54,128 bases of DNA from an uncultured Oscillospiraceae bacterium. Its GTDB lineage: Bacteria > Bacillota > Clostridia > Saccharofermentanales > UBA5734. The translations under genes were made by a program, and so were the position numbers. The stretch is from the NCBI GenBank assembly GCA_964579735.1, contig CAZOHH010000003.1, forward strand, positions 20,759 to 74,886, read 5' to 3'. The notes under the pieces are model-generated. The model was not told the origin of the DNA. It worked only from the letters and a program-made list of their open reading frames with translations, and searched no databases. This document shows positions 1 through 9,153 of this stretch, in pieces; positions within the stretch are counted from its first letter, which is position 1, and the number at the start of each line of letters is the position of its first letter.

Positions 1-2
1 CG

Positions 3-42
3 AAACATAAAGACTCCCGGGATCCTACGATTCCGGGAGTCT
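3..42 (-). terminator. Intrinsic terminator downstream of tRNA-Lys(CTT)
   Basis: Perfect 10-bp inverted repeat agactcccgg (11-20) / ccgggagtct (33-42) with a 12-nt loop. On the minus strand the stem is followed by TTTATGTTT. Confidence 0.6.
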
Positions 43-47
43 TCATC

Positions 48-123
48 TGGTGCGCCTTCGGGGATTCGAACCCAGGACCCACTGATTAAGAGTCAGTTGC
101 TCTACCAACTGAGCTAAAGGCGC
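48..123 (-). tRNA. tRNA-Lys (anticodon CTT), CCA encoded
   Basis: The reverse complement folds as a cloverleaf: acceptor GCGCCTT/AAGGCGC, D-arm GCTC-AGTTGGTA-GAGC, anticodon arm ACTGA-CTCTTAA-TCAGT (CTT), T-loop TTCGAAT, 3' ACCA. There is one U50.C64 mismatch in the T-stem. Confidence 0.85.
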
Positions 124-223
124 ACGCCTTGATGCATGATGGATTATACGAATCAGGATTCCCGGTGTCAACAAGGATTTTCAGACATGGGAATGGTACG
201 ATGATGAAAATGGGAGGTTCGAG

Positions 224-1309
224 ATGAACGAAGCGAAAATGGACCCGACGACTCCTCTCCGCTACGATGCGTCCCTCGACGAACTCGTACTGCTGGATCA
301 GACGCGTCTTCCAGGAGAAGTGGTCCATATCCGCCTGCGTTCTGCGGAGCAGGTGTTCGAAGCCATACGCAGCCTTCGCGTGCGCGGCGCTCCTGCGATT
401 GGAATCGCCGCCGCCTTCGGGGTCCTGCTCTCCGTCAACGCGTTGCGTACCGACGACCTGCGCGATATACGCCGACACATCGACGAGACCTGTACCTATC
501 TCGCGACTGCGAGACCCACGGCCGTCAATCTTTTCTGGGCATTGAACCGAATGAAGTCACGCGCCGCACGATTCAACGGGGAATCCGGCGAATCCCTTCG
601 CGCTGAACTTCTCCAGGAAGCTCAAGGAATCCTTCGAGAGGATGAGGAAGGGTGCCTCCGCATCGGCGAGAACGGTCTTGCATTGCTCCGTCCCGGCATG
701 GGGATCCTGACGCATTGCAATGCAGGCTCTCTCGCGACCTCCCGGTATGGAACGGCTCTTGCGCCGATCCACCTCGGACAGGAGCGCGGATATGGCTTCC
801 ACGTCTTTGCCGACGAAACCCGTCCGCTCCTCCAGGGAGCCCGTCTGACCGCCTACGAACTGATGGCGAAGGGTGTCGACACGACCTTGCTCTGCGACGG
901 GATGGCCGCAAGCCTCATGAAGACCGGCAGGATCGACGCGGTGATCGTCGGCAGCGACCGCATCGCGGCCAATGGCGACGCTGCGAACAAGATCGGCACG
1001 AATGGCGTCTCCATCCTCGCCCGCCACTTCGGGATTCCCTTCTATGTCTGTGCACCGGTTTCGACCCTGGACATCGCCTGCCCGGATGGCGATTCCATCC
1101 CGATCGAGTTCCGTGGCGCCTCGGAGGTGACGGAGATGTGGTACCGGACCCGGATGGCTCCGGAGGAGGTCAAGGTCTACAACCCCGCATTCGATGTCAC
1201 CGAGGCAGACCGCATCGATGCGATCGTCACGGAACGTGGCGTGCTGCGGCCCCCCTATGGTCCTTCCATTGCCCGGTTGTTTTCAAGAGAGGGAGGGAAA
1301 GCGCTTTGA
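224..1309 (+). CDS. mtnA: S-methyl-5-thioribose-1-phosphate isomerase (eIF-2B alpha/beta/delta family)
   Basis: 361 aa. N-terminus ...LVLLDQTRLPGEVVHIRLRSAEQVFEAIRSLRVRGAPAIGIAAAFG..., then THCNAGSLAT and GSDRIAANGDAANKIGT motifs typical of MtnA. SD gggagg lies 6 nt upstream of the ATG. Confidence 0.93.
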   Translation: MNEAKMDPTTPLRYDASLDELVLLDQTRLPGEVVHIRLRSAEQVFEAIRSLRVRGAPAIGIAAAFGVLLSVNALRTDDLRDIRRHIDETCTYLATARPTAVNLFWALNRMKSRAARFNGESGESLRAELLQEAQGILREDEEGCLRIGENGLALLRPGMGILTHCNAGSLATSRYGTALAPIHLGQERGYGFHVFADETRPLLQGARLTAYELMAKGVDTTLLCDGMAASLMKTGRIDAVIVGSDRIAANGDAANKIGTNGVSILARHFGIPFYVCAPVSTLDIACPDGDSIPIEFRGASEVTEMWYRTRMAPEEVKVYNPAFDVTEADRIDAIVTERGVLRPPYGPSIARLFSREGGKAL

Positions 1310-1317
1310 GAGACGCC

Positions 1318-2031
1318 ATGATCCGCAGGGAGATCGTCGAAATCGGTCGAAGAATGTATGCGAGGGGACTTGTCGCTTCCTTCGATGGAAACATCAGCGT
1401 GAGGACTCCCGATGGACGCGTGTGGACGACCCCGACAGGTGTGCCGAAGGGGTTTCTCAAACCGAGGGAGCTGGTCTGCGTCGACCTCGAAGGCAACATT
1501 CTCGCAGGAAGGAGGGCGCCTTCCTCGGAACTGAAGATGCACCTTCGCGTTTACCATGAGAATCCGGCTGTCTTCGCCGTGGTCCACGCCCACCCCCCGG
1601 TCGCGACTTCCTACGCCATAGCGGGTTATCGACTCGACCGTGCGATTCTCGCCGAGCCCACGGTGACCCTTGGCATCGTACCCGTAGCTCCCTATGCGAC
1701 GCCTGGGTCTCAGGAGGTCCCGGACTCCATCGCACCGTACTGCAGGACGTCCAACGCCGTCCTGCTTGCCAATCACGGTGCCCTGACATGGGGCGCAGAT
1801 CTATTGGAAGCCTATGGCAGGATGGAGTCCGTCGAATACTACGCGACGGTTCTGATGAACACGCTGAGCCTGATCGGACGTGCGAATGTCCTCGGTACAG
1901 CGCAAGTCGACAAGCTTCTGCGCATTCGGGAATCGCTCGGCATCCAGGCGGGAGGCATACCGCCCACGGTCCAGGAAGAGTCGAATCTCGGTGGATTCCC
2001 ATCGGTACCCCTTCCGCGCCGAGAGACGTGA
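1318..2031 (+). CDS. Class II aldolase/adducin-fold protein (MtnB dehydratase or Ald2-type 5-(methylthio)ribulose-1-P aldolase)
   Basis: ATG at 1318 sits 9 nt after the mtnA stop, in the frame of ORF 652..2031. Motifs: GLVASFDGNISVR, TPTGVPKG, SSELKMH, VVHAHPP, LLANHGALTWG (class II aldolase metal and catalytic motifs). The 652-1317 part of the ORF overlaps mtnA and is not coding. Confidence 0.8.
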   Translation: MIRREIVEIGRRMYARGLVASFDGNISVRTPDGRVWTTPTGVPKGFLKPRELVCVDLEGNILAGRRAPSSELKMHLRVYHENPAVFAVVHAHPPVATSYAIAGYRLDRAILAEPTVTLGIVPVAPYATPGSQEVPDSIAPYCRTSNAVLLANHGALTWGADLLEAYGRMESVEYYATVLMNTLSLIGRANVLGTAQVDKLLRIRESLGIQAGGIPPTVQEESNLGGFPSVPLPRRET

Positions 2032-2113
2032 ATGTGCCGATGGCATCGAGGGGAAGGCTCCCCGAAGGCGTCTCTGTGCTATAATCCCCTTGTCCACAGG
2101 AGGTCGCCGCCCC

Positions 2114-3337
2114 ATGAAACGTCTGCATTCAACCACACCCGATGATCCAGGCGCGGATCCGGCCATACAGATTCGAAAGGTCGACCCGACGCGAAAACCC
2201 GGAAATGCCAGGAACACGATTCGGTTGATCGTCCGAGTCGTGGCGCTGGTCGTGCTGGTCGGATCTCTCGTCAGCCTCGCCATTACGGAATACCAGTACT
2301 ACCAGGCAAGACGCGATTTCGACGTCATCCGGAACACTCTCCCGACGGAATCGATCGAAGAGGTGTTCAATCACCCCACGGACGCGGTCGTCGTGACTCC
2401 GGAACCTGGCGAGACCTATGAGACGCTGCTTTCGAGCGACATACTGATCACTTCGGACGGCGTTCAACCCCAGTATGTCCAGCTCTACAGGAAGAATCCG
2501 CAGCTCGCCGGATGGATCCGTTTCCCGGGTTGGCCGTTGTATCCGATCGACTATCCGATCATGTACTCCGGCGACAACGACTTCTACCTCCGACGGGACT
2601 TCTCCAAGAAGCACTCCAGCGCCGGGTGCATCTTCATGGACGGCGCCAATGATCCGCACACGATAGGACGCAATCTCGTGCTCTATGGGCACGCCATGAG
2701 ATCCAGGACCATGTTCGGCAACATCGAGGACTATCCGGAGAACAAGACCGGGTGGGAGACCAGCCACACCATCTACATCGACCTGCTCTGGACGCGACTC
2801 GAATACGAGGTCTTCTCCACATACTACACCACCAGTACGGCCGACTACCGGCAGACATATTTCGCCGATGACGCGGGGTTCGGCAGTTACGTGGATATGC
2901 TCAAGGCCCGGTCGGCTCACGACTTCGGGGTCGAAGTCGGACCACGCGATCGGATACTGACCCTTTCGACGTGCCAGAACGATGTCGGCCACGATCGTCG
3001 AGTCGCTGTCCATGCAAAGCTCATCCGCAGGATCGTCTTCAACCGCTCGAACATCTCCTCCGCGGAAATCACGGGGGTTCCGCCCGGCGTGACCGGTGCC
3101 GTCGTGCCGACCGACGTCCCCAAGAATACGCCGACCCCCTTGCTTTCCCCTGAACTGCCCAGCCCCACTCTGGAGCCAACCGTCGACCCGACTCTCGAAC
3201 CCAGTCCGGTGCCGACGCCGGATCCCGACTTATCTCCGATACCGACCCTTGACCCCACTCTTGAGCCGACTTTGGCGCTGACGCCGGCGATATCGACGAC
3301 TCCGGAGCCAAGTGCTTCGCCGACCCCGAATCCCTGA
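2114..3337 (+). CDS. srtB: Class B sortase with N-terminal membrane anchor and Pro/Thr/Glu-rich C-terminal tail
   Basis: ATG 2114 is preceded by aggagg (2098-2103). TM segment IRLIVRVVALVVLVGSLVSLAI. Motifs: GWIRFPG...YPIMYSGDNDFYLRRDF, catalytic His in LVLYGHAM, Cys in LTLSTCQ, Arg in RRVAVHAKL. Confidence 0.85.
   Translation: MKRLHSTTPDDPGADPAIQIRKVDPTRKPGNARNTIRLIVRVVALVVLVGSLVSLAITEYQYYQARRDFDVIRNTLPTESIEEVFNHPTDAVVVTPEPGETYETLLSSDILITSDGVQPQYVQLYRKNPQLAGWIRFPGWPLYPIDYPIMYSGDNDFYLRRDFSKKHSSAGCIFMDGANDPHTIGRNLVLYGHAMRSRTMFGNIEDYPENKTGWETSHTIYIDLLWTRLEYEVFSTYYTTSTADYRQTYFADDAGFGSYVDMLKARSAHDFGVEVGPRDRILTLSTCQNDVGHDRRVAVHAKLIRRIVFNRSNISSAEITGVPPGVTGAVVPTDVPKNTPTPLLSPELPSPTLEPTVDPTLEPSPVPTPDPDLSPIPTLDPTLEPTLALTPAISTTPEPSASPTPNP
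3080..3334 (+). repeat. Low-complexity coding repeat (imperfect PTLEPT/DPTLEP units) forming the sortase C-terminal tail
   Basis: Translation ...PSPTLEPTVDPTLEPSPVPTPDPDLSPIPTLDPTLEPTLALTPAISTTPEPSASPTPNP. The DNA shows degenerate repeats of ccgac(t/c)ct(c/t)ga(a/g)cc. Confidence 0.7.
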
Positions 3338-3366
3338 TTTTCGCATTTACGGAAGGAGCCCAACAC

Positions 3367-4443
3367 ATGGCCAAGGTCTGGTTTTCCGACATGACATTCG
3401 AGAAGTACGCCCAGGATAGCGTCTTGACCGCGAAGTTCGGCCGCATGCTCGACCAGGCCGGCCTCGAGGCAGGTTTCAAGGGTGCGAGGACCGCCATCAA
3501 GATGCACGTCGGCCGTGGCACCGGGTACTCCACCATTCCCCCCATCTTCGTCAAGATCCTGGTCGACCGGCTGAAGAAACTCGGTGCGAATCCGTATCTC
3601 ATCGACCAGTCCGTCGATGAGGCACCGGCGCGCGGTTATACGGAAAGCTATTTCGGTTGCCCGATCACGACTTCGTGCTCTGTGACTGAGAAATACCTCT
3701 ATCGAAAGGAAATCGGCTTCAAGACCTTCGAATACGCGAACATCGGCGGGAATTTCCATGATGCCGATGCCGTCGTCGTTCTCTCCCACATCAAGGGACA
3801 CGGCGCCTGTGGATATGGCGGCGCCTGCAAGAACATCGCCATGGGCTGCGTGGATGACCACACGCGCGGTTGCATCCACGGACTTGAAACAGGACTGACC
3901 TGGGACGAGTCGAAGTGCACGCACTGCGAGGACTGCATCGCGAGCTGCAATCACCACGCCAACAGCTTCGTCGATGGAAAGTACGAAGTGTTCTTCCACA
4001 ACTGCACGCTGTGCCAGCATTGCGTGAAGGTCTGTCCGACCGGTGCGATTTCCCCTACGGGCTCGAATTACGAGGATTTCCAGCAGGGAATGGCGCTTTG
4101 CACCCGTGCCGCCCTCGAACATCTGCCGCGGGAGAAGGTCTTCTACGTCAACGTGATGCTGCAGATGACCGCCATGTGCGACTGCTGGGGATTCACTACG
4201 CCTTCGATCGTCCCCGACATCGGAATCGCTTCCTCGTATGATATCGTCGCGGTCGAACAGGCCTGCCTCGACTGCATGCGAACGGAGGATTTTCTACCCC
4301 AGTCGGTGCCGGTCGGCTTCGAAATGGGTACGAAGGGGCACCTGCTCGAGCGCATCCACGGAAAGGACCCCTTCCTGCAACTCGATAAACTGGCAGCCCA
4401 GGGTCTTGGATGCCGCTCCTACGAACGGATCCTGGTCCGCTGA
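3367..4443 (+). CDS. DUF362-like protein with embedded 2x[4Fe-4S] ferredoxin domain
   Basis: 358 aa. SD ggaaggag upstream. Two CxxCxxCxxxC(P) clusters: CTHCEDCIASC and CTLCQHCVKVCPTGAI. The N-terminal KMHVGRGTGYSTIPPIFVKILVDRLKKLGANPYLID resembles DUF362. The family assignment comes from memory of that pattern. Confidence 0.6.
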   Translation: MAKVWFSDMTFEKYAQDSVLTAKFGRMLDQAGLEAGFKGARTAIKMHVGRGTGYSTIPPIFVKILVDRLKKLGANPYLIDQSVDEAPARGYTESYFGCPITTSCSVTEKYLYRKEIGFKTFEYANIGGNFHDADAVVVLSHIKGHGACGYGGACKNIAMGCVDDHTRGCIHGLETGLTWDESKCTHCEDCIASCNHHANSFVDGKYEVFFHNCTLCQHCVKVCPTGAISPTGSNYEDFQQGMALCTRAALEHLPREKVFYVNVMLQMTAMCDCWGFTTPSIVPDIGIASSYDIVAVEQACLDCMRTEDFLPQSVPVGFEMGTKGHLLERIHGKDPFLQLDKLAAQGLGCRSYERILVR

Positions 4444-4444
4444 C

Positions 4445-4939
4445 GTGGTCGTCTTCGGCATCGACCCTGGCTATGCTCTCACCGGATACGGGGTCGTCGA
4501 ATACAAGGGAAACCGATTCCGAGTGATCGACTTCGGAGTGGTCAGCACAAAACCTGGCGTCCCGATGGATCGAAGGCTCCTTCAGATATCCGAAGAGCTC
4601 GAGCAGTTGATCGCCGCGGCGAAGCCCGATGCCGTCGCCATAGAGGAGCTGTTCTTTTCTAGGAATGTGACGACGGCGATTGCAGCGGCCCAGGGGAGAG
4701 GCGTCGCGATCGTGACGGCCGCCCGCGCCGGCATTCCGGTATACGAATACACGCCGATGCAGGTCAAGCAGGCGGTCAGCGGGTATGGCCGAGCCGACAA
4801 GAAGCAGGTCCAGGAGATGGTCCGGATCCTCCTGGCCCTCGATGCGATTCCAAAACCGGACGATGCAGCCGATGCCCTTGCGATCGCGATCTGCCATGCA
4901 CATGCGGGCACGGGCTGGACGAGCGGAAGGATGGTCTAG
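4445..4939 (+). CDS. ruvC: Crossover junction endodeoxyribonuclease RuvC
   Basis: GTG start at 4445, 1 nt after the preceding stop. Motifs: VVFGIDPGYALTGYGVV..., AVAIEELFFSRNVTTA, EYTPMQVKQAVSGYGRADKKQV, PDDAADALAIAICHA. Confidence 0.9.
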   Translation: MVVFGIDPGYALTGYGVVEYKGNRFRVIDFGVVSTKPGVPMDRRLLQISEELEQLIAAAKPDAVAIEELFFSRNVTTAIAAAQGRGVAIVTAARAGIPVYEYTPMQVKQAVSGYGRADKKQVQEMVRILLALDAIPKPDDAADALAIAICHAHAGTGWTSGRMV

Positions 4940-4943
4940 GGGG

Positions 4944-5558
4944 ATGTACGCCTATATCAAGGGACGAATCGCCTTTCGACAGCTCGATGCACTGATCGTC
5001 GAGGCGGGAGGAATCGGATATCGCATCCAGTCCGCACCTGGATTGATCGATCGATTCGGTCGCGATGGCGAGGAGGCGACGGTCCATACGCACCTGTATG
5101 TCCGAGAGGATATCATGGCTCTCTATGGCTTTCCGACACGCGAGGAGCTGTCGATGTTCGAGATGCTCCTCACGGTATCGGGCATCGGTCCGAAGGTCGC
5201 AAGCAACATCCTCGCCGTCGCGTCTCCCAGCCGCGTCGCCATGGCCATCGTGACCGGCGATGCGAAGACGCTCACCCAGGCTTCCGGGTTGGGCAAGAAG
5301 GGCGCGGAGAGGCTGATCCTCGAGCTCAAGGACAAGTTGAAGGGGGTTTCGGCGACTTCGAATGGGACCGCAGGTGCGGGGGAGATTCCGCCGTCGACCG
5401 GTGGACCCGATGGCGTTCGCAAGTCCGAGGCCATGGCAGCCCTCGTCGTGCTCGGATATACTGCCAATGATGCGGCGCGCGTCGTTTCGGCTGTCCACCG
5501 CCCGGATATGGAAACCGAGGAAATCATCCGCGCGGCGCTGCGTGAAAGGGTGAAGTAG
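4944..5558 (+). CDS. ruvA: Holliday junction branch migration complex subunit RuvA
   Basis: MYAYIKGRI...VEAGGIGYRI...HTHLYVREDIMALYGF..EELSMFEMLLTVSGIGPKVA..IL. Two HhH motifs and a C-terminal domain III. Confidence 0.92.
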   Translation: MYAYIKGRIAFRQLDALIVEAGGIGYRIQSAPGLIDRFGRDGEEATVHTHLYVREDIMALYGFPTREELSMFEMLLTVSGIGPKVASNILAVASPSRVAMAIVTGDAKTLTQASGLGKKGAERLILELKDKLKGVSATSNGTAGAGEIPPSTGGPDGVRKSEAMAALVVLGYTANDAARVVSAVHRPDMETEEIIRAALRERVK

Positions 5559-5561
5559 ACC

Positions 5562-6674
5562 ATGAGCGTGGATTTCGAGGATTTCCGAGAGGACGACCGC
5601 ATCATCGGCATGGAACGGCGCCGCGAGGATACCGAGGAGGCAGGTCTCCGGCCGACCCGATGGGGTGAATACTTCGGTCAGACGCGGGTCAAGGACAACC
5701 TCAGGGTCTTCATCGAGGCCGCCGCGAAGCGCAAGGAAGCCCTGGACCACGTCCTGCTCTATGGCCCTCCCGGACTCGGGAAGACCACGCTCGCGGGAAT
5801 CATAGCCGCCGAGCTGGGCGTCAACCTGCGCATCACGTCGGGTCCCGCCATCGAGAAACCGGGTGATCTGGCGGCGATTCTGACGAACCTTGCTGAAAGA
5901 GACGTGCTCTTCATCGACGAGATCCACCGCCTCAACCGCAGCGTGGAGGAGATCCTCTATCCCGCCATGGAGGACTACGCGCTCGATATCATCATCGGCA
6001 AGGGACCAAGCGCACGCTCGATCCGTCTCGACCTTCCGAAGTTCACCCTCATCGGCGCGACCACCCGCGTGGGATTGCTCACCGCTCCGCTGCGTGACCG
6101 GTTCGGGGTGGTGAACCGTCTGGAGCTCTATGCACCCGAGGACCTTCGCCAGATCCTGTTGCGCGATGCGGCCATCCTGAAGATCGGCATCGACGAAAGC
6201 GGTCTGGCCATGATCTTGACCCGTTCGCGCGGCACGCCCCGCATCGCGATCCGGCTTCTGAAGCGCATGCGCGATTTCGCTCAGGTTCGAGGCACCGGCA
6301 CCATCGACGCGGAAGTCGTCCACATCGGACTGGCCGCTCTGGATATCGACGAAAAGGGCCTCGACCGCGTGGACCGACGGATGATGGAGAGCATGGCGAC
6401 GATGTTCGGTGGCGGTCCGGTCGGACTCGACACTTTATCGGCCTGCACCGGCGAAGACCCCGTCACGATCGAGGATGTCTACGAGCCGTTCCTGATGCAG
6501 CTGGGCTTCCTGGCCAAGACGCCACGCGGTCGGGTCCTGACCCGACTGGGATGGGAACACCTCGGGCTCGCCTGTCCCGAGGATTACGAGCGTCGTTTGA
6601 AGGGCATCGGGAACAATCTTCGACAGCTGCGGCTCGACCTCGATCTCGGAGAGGAGCCCGAGGAGCACCCATGA
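5562..6674 (+). CDS. ruvB: Holliday junction DNA helicase RuvB
   Basis: 370 aa. [19 protein letters not shown], Walker [12 protein letters not shown], Walker [10 protein letters not shown], sensor [21 protein letters not shown]. Confidence 0.97.
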   Translation: MSVDFEDFREDDRIIGMERRREDTEEAGLRPTRWGEYFGQTRVKDNLRVFIEAAAKRKEALDHVLLYGPPGLGKTTLAGIIAAELGVNLRITSGPAIEKPGDLAAILTNLAERDVLFIDEIHRLNRSVEEILYPAMEDYALDIIIGKGPSARSIRLDLPKFTLIGATTRVGLLTAPLRDRFGVVNRLELYAPEDLRQILLRDAAILKIGIDESGLAMILTRSRGTPRIAIRLLKRMRDFAQVRGTGTIDAEVVHIGLAALDIDEKGLDRVDRRMMESMATMFGGGPVGLDTLSACTGEDPVTIEDVYEPFLMQLGFLAKTPRGRVLTRLGWEHLGLACPEDYERRLKGIGNNLRQLRLDLDLGEEPEEHP

Positions 6675-7237
6675 AGACCTTGCTCCATGTTTGCTGCGGC
6701 CCCTGTGCCGAGTGGCCCGTGACCGTCCTGCGCGAAGGCAGGGGTGGCTTCCAGGGAGATGGGCTCGTCGGTTACTTCTTCAACCCCAACATCCATCCAG
6801 CCGACGAACACTCCCGTCGCTTGGAGAATGCGGTTCATCTTGCAGGGGTGAGAGGACTCCCGCTCGAGGTCGACCCTTTCTTCGACGAATCTCCCTTTCG
6901 CGCGCGCATGGAGGACCCGTGCGTCCATGGCGACGGGACGGCTTCCCCACGCTGCCGCATGTGCTATGCCCTGCGCATGGAAGCCACCGCGCTCAAGGCC
7001 GTCGAAATCGGCGCGGACGCCTTCACGACGTCACTTCTCGTCAGTCCGTACCAGGACCACGAAGCCATCATCGAGATCGGGCGGGAGGCGGGCAGACGCC
7101 ACGGCGTCCTTTTCCTCGAGGCGGATTTTCGCGACGGCTATCGGGAGGGGCAGAGGATGGCCCGAGAAGACGGTTTGTATCGACAGAAGTATTGTGGCTG
7201 CATCGCATCGTTGTCGCAGAGCGGGCCCGTGCGATAG
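6671..7237 (+). CDS. queH: Epoxyqueuosine reductase QueH (DUF208)
   Basis: The ATG overlaps the ruvB stop (ATGA). Cys motifs [27 protein letters not shown], plus [10 protein letters not shown], as in QueH. Confidence 0.85.
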   Translation: MKTLLHVCCGPCAEWPVTVLREGRGGFQGDGLVGYFFNPNIHPADEHSRRLENAVHLAGVRGLPLEVDPFFDESPFRARMEDPCVHGDGTASPRCRMCYALRMEATALKAVEIGADAFTTSLLVSPYQDHEAIIEIGREAGRRHGVLFLEADFRDGYREGQRMAREDGLYRQKYCGCIASLSQSGPVR

Positions 7238-7265
7238 TACCTCGCCAGGGGTGGATCCTCACTGG

Positions 7266-9074
7266 TCAGATACGGGCTCCGGCCGTCTCCTTCGGCGCCC
7301 TGGGCGTCACGAACAGCGTCTTGTAGGTGTCGTAGACCACCATGCCGGGCTTCGCTCCCGGGGGTTTCCGAACGTTCCGCACCGGACAGAAGTCGACAGC
7401 GGTCTTGGCCCCTTCCGTGGTATCGCTGCGACGGTCAGCGAGCGTCGCACGGCTGAACCACGCGGCAATCGATGCAGCTTCGAGCATCGTGGCGTCCGGG
7501 ACATCACGACCCTCCCTGCGTACGATCACGTGGGTCCCGGGAGCCTTCTGGACGTGGAACCACAGATCGCTCGAGGAAGCTTTCTTCAGCGTGAGTTGAT
7601 CGTTCTGCAGGTTGCTTCTCCCGACCAGGATGTCGAAACCGTCCGTTGATATGAAGTGACGTGGAGGCAAGGCCTTGGGCTCCTTGCGGGGCTTGCCGCG
7701 AGGAACGGGCTTCGTGGGAGCCGCCTTTCCATCGAGTTGCGCGGTTTCCAGGCGAAGCGCCTGCAGGTCCATGAGGTCGACGGCGTGGAGAACGCCCTGT
7801 CGAAGTGTTTCGAGATAGGCGATTTCCAGGCGGTCCTCTTCGGCGAGGCGAAGACTCGCTTCCTCCTTCAACCGCTCCTTGGTGAACTTCTTGAAATAGC
7901 GCTGGGCGTTTCGGGAAGGGGAGAGGGTCGAATCGAGCGGCACATCGACTCGAGGGGCGTCCTCCTGGTAGAAGTCGCGAAGGGATGCCATGGAAGCGCC
8001 TTCCGGGATCTCCGTGAAGGATGCAAGAATCAGATCGCCGAATCGTTTCCATCGATCACGGTCCGCGCAGGCCGCACGGTCCGATTCGTGGATCGACAGC
8101 TTCTTCACCATCTTCTCCAGGCGGGTGTCGACGGTTTTCAGCAGATCGCCACGGGACTGATCGAATACGTTGCGCAAGGCTCGGCCAGCATAATGGGATT
8201 CCATTCCCTCCGTAACGGAATGGACCCGGCGTATGATACCGGAATCCGATAGTGGGAGGCAGTGGAAGTCGTAGGGAACCGGATCCTCCTCGAAGCGGAA
8301 GAAGACCGAAGGTTCGAAGTGGCCGGAGAGAATCCGTTCCAGCGTCGACCGGAGGGTGCCAAGGATGCGTTCCAGTGCTTCCCCTTCGAGAGAATCGAGA
8401 CGTGCGGAAGGGTCCTGGGAAGCCCGGCGGCAGACATCGCGGCAAAGAGGAGGGGAGAAGCCCTGGATGGATGCCAGGAGGGCCTTCTCGAGCGGCAAGG
8501 ACGGCAAGCAGCCTGCAAAGGGATCGCCTCCGCGTTCGAGGGATGCGAGCACGGCCGCGGCATCCGGTTTCCCCTGCGTGGGAACCGGTTCGTAGAATCG
8601 TCCCGGCATGACTTCGCGGACGCGGCTGACGGAATGGTCGACATGGAGGATGCAATCCAGGATTCGGTCGTGTGCGCCGACAAGAACGAGATTGCTCTGC
8701 TTGCCCATCAGTTCAGCAATCAGACTGCGCTCCACGTGGTCTCCGAGTTCGTCGACGGTCTGGATGCGGATGACGAATACGCGTTCCCAGAAAGGGGTCG
8801 TGACATCGATCACACGGCCTCCGGACAGGTGTTTGCGGAGGAGCATGCAGAAGGACGGCGCCTCGGGCGGATTGTCGGCCGAGGAGGTGATGAAATGGAT
8901 CCGGGGGGCGGAGGGGTTGGCGGAAAGAAGGAGTCGGAGGTTCGTCGAGTCCTTGCGGAGCATCAGGACGACGTCGAAGCGATCCGGCTGGTATATCTTG
9001 TCGATGCGGGCTCCGGACAGGGCTGCGTCCAGTTCCGCGGCGAGGCACTTGGCTGTGATTCCGTCGAGCGGCAT
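7266..9074 (-). CDS. rqcH: Ribosome quality-control protein RqcH (NFACT / FbpA family)
   Basis: Start MPLDG (ATG complement 9072-9074) is preceded by aaggagg. NFACT-N region MPLDGITAKCLAAELDAAL.GARIDKIYQPDRFDVVLML, a coiled-coil middle, and a C-terminal NFACT-R region DILVGRSNLQNDQLTLK...DLWFHVQKAPGTHVIV. Confidence 0.85.
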   Translation of the reverse strand: MPLDGITAKCLAAELDAALSGARIDKIYQPDRFDVVLMLRKDSTNLRLLLSANPSAPRIHFITSSADNPPEAPSFCMLLRKHLSGGRVIDVTTPFWERVFVIRIQTVDELGDHVERSLIAELMGKQSNLVLVGAHDRILDCILHVDHSVSRVREVMPGRFYEPVPTQGKPDAAAVLASLERGGDPFAGCLPSLPLEKALLASIQGFSPPLCRDVCRRASQDPSARLDSLEGEALERILGTLRSTLERILSGHFEPSVFFRFEEDPVPYDFHCLPLSDSGIIRRVHSVTEGMESHYAGRALRNVFDQSRGDLLKTVDTRLEKMVKKLSIHESDRAACADRDRWKRFGDLILASFTEIPEGASMASLRDFYQEDAPRVDVPLDSTLSPSRNAQRYFKKFTKERLKEEASLRLAEEDRLEIAYLETLRQGVLHAVDLMDLQALRLETAQLDGKAAPTKPVPRGKPRKEPKALPPRHFISTDGFDILVGRSNLQNDQLTLKKASSSDLWFHVQKAPGTHVIVRREGRDVPDATMLEAASIAAWFSRATLADRRSDTTEGAKTAVDFCPVRNVRKPPGAKPGMVVYDTYKTLFVTPRAPKETAGARI

Positions 9075-9153
9075 GGGTCCTCCTTGCACTGCGTAGCCCA
9101 GTATACTACACTCGGGTCAGGTCCCGGCGAACGGAAGCAACCAAGGAGGAACC

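Noticed and set aside
124-223. Possible SAM riboswitch or other leader upstream of mtnA
   Set aside because: Only ~100 nt are available and I could not find the SAM-I conserved helices or kink-turn sequence. No terminator/antiterminator pair is present. Left unannotated.
652-1317. 5' extension of the aldolase ORF (the track gives 459 aa from 652)
   Set aside because: It overlaps mtnA in another frame. The aldolase homology starts at MIRREIVEIG (ATG 1318), right after the mtnA stop.
3080-3334. Repetitive DNA that might be a tandem-repeat locus or CRISPR-like array
   Set aside because: The units are short, degenerate and in frame within the sortase ORF, encoding the PT-rich tail. There are no spacers and no conserved repeat of 24-40 nt.
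4776-6323. 515-aa ORF on the minus strand
   Set aside because: It is antisense to unmistakable ruvA/ruvB. The composition is Arg/Gly/Asp/His-rich with no recognisable motifs. This is a typical GC-rich shadow ORF.
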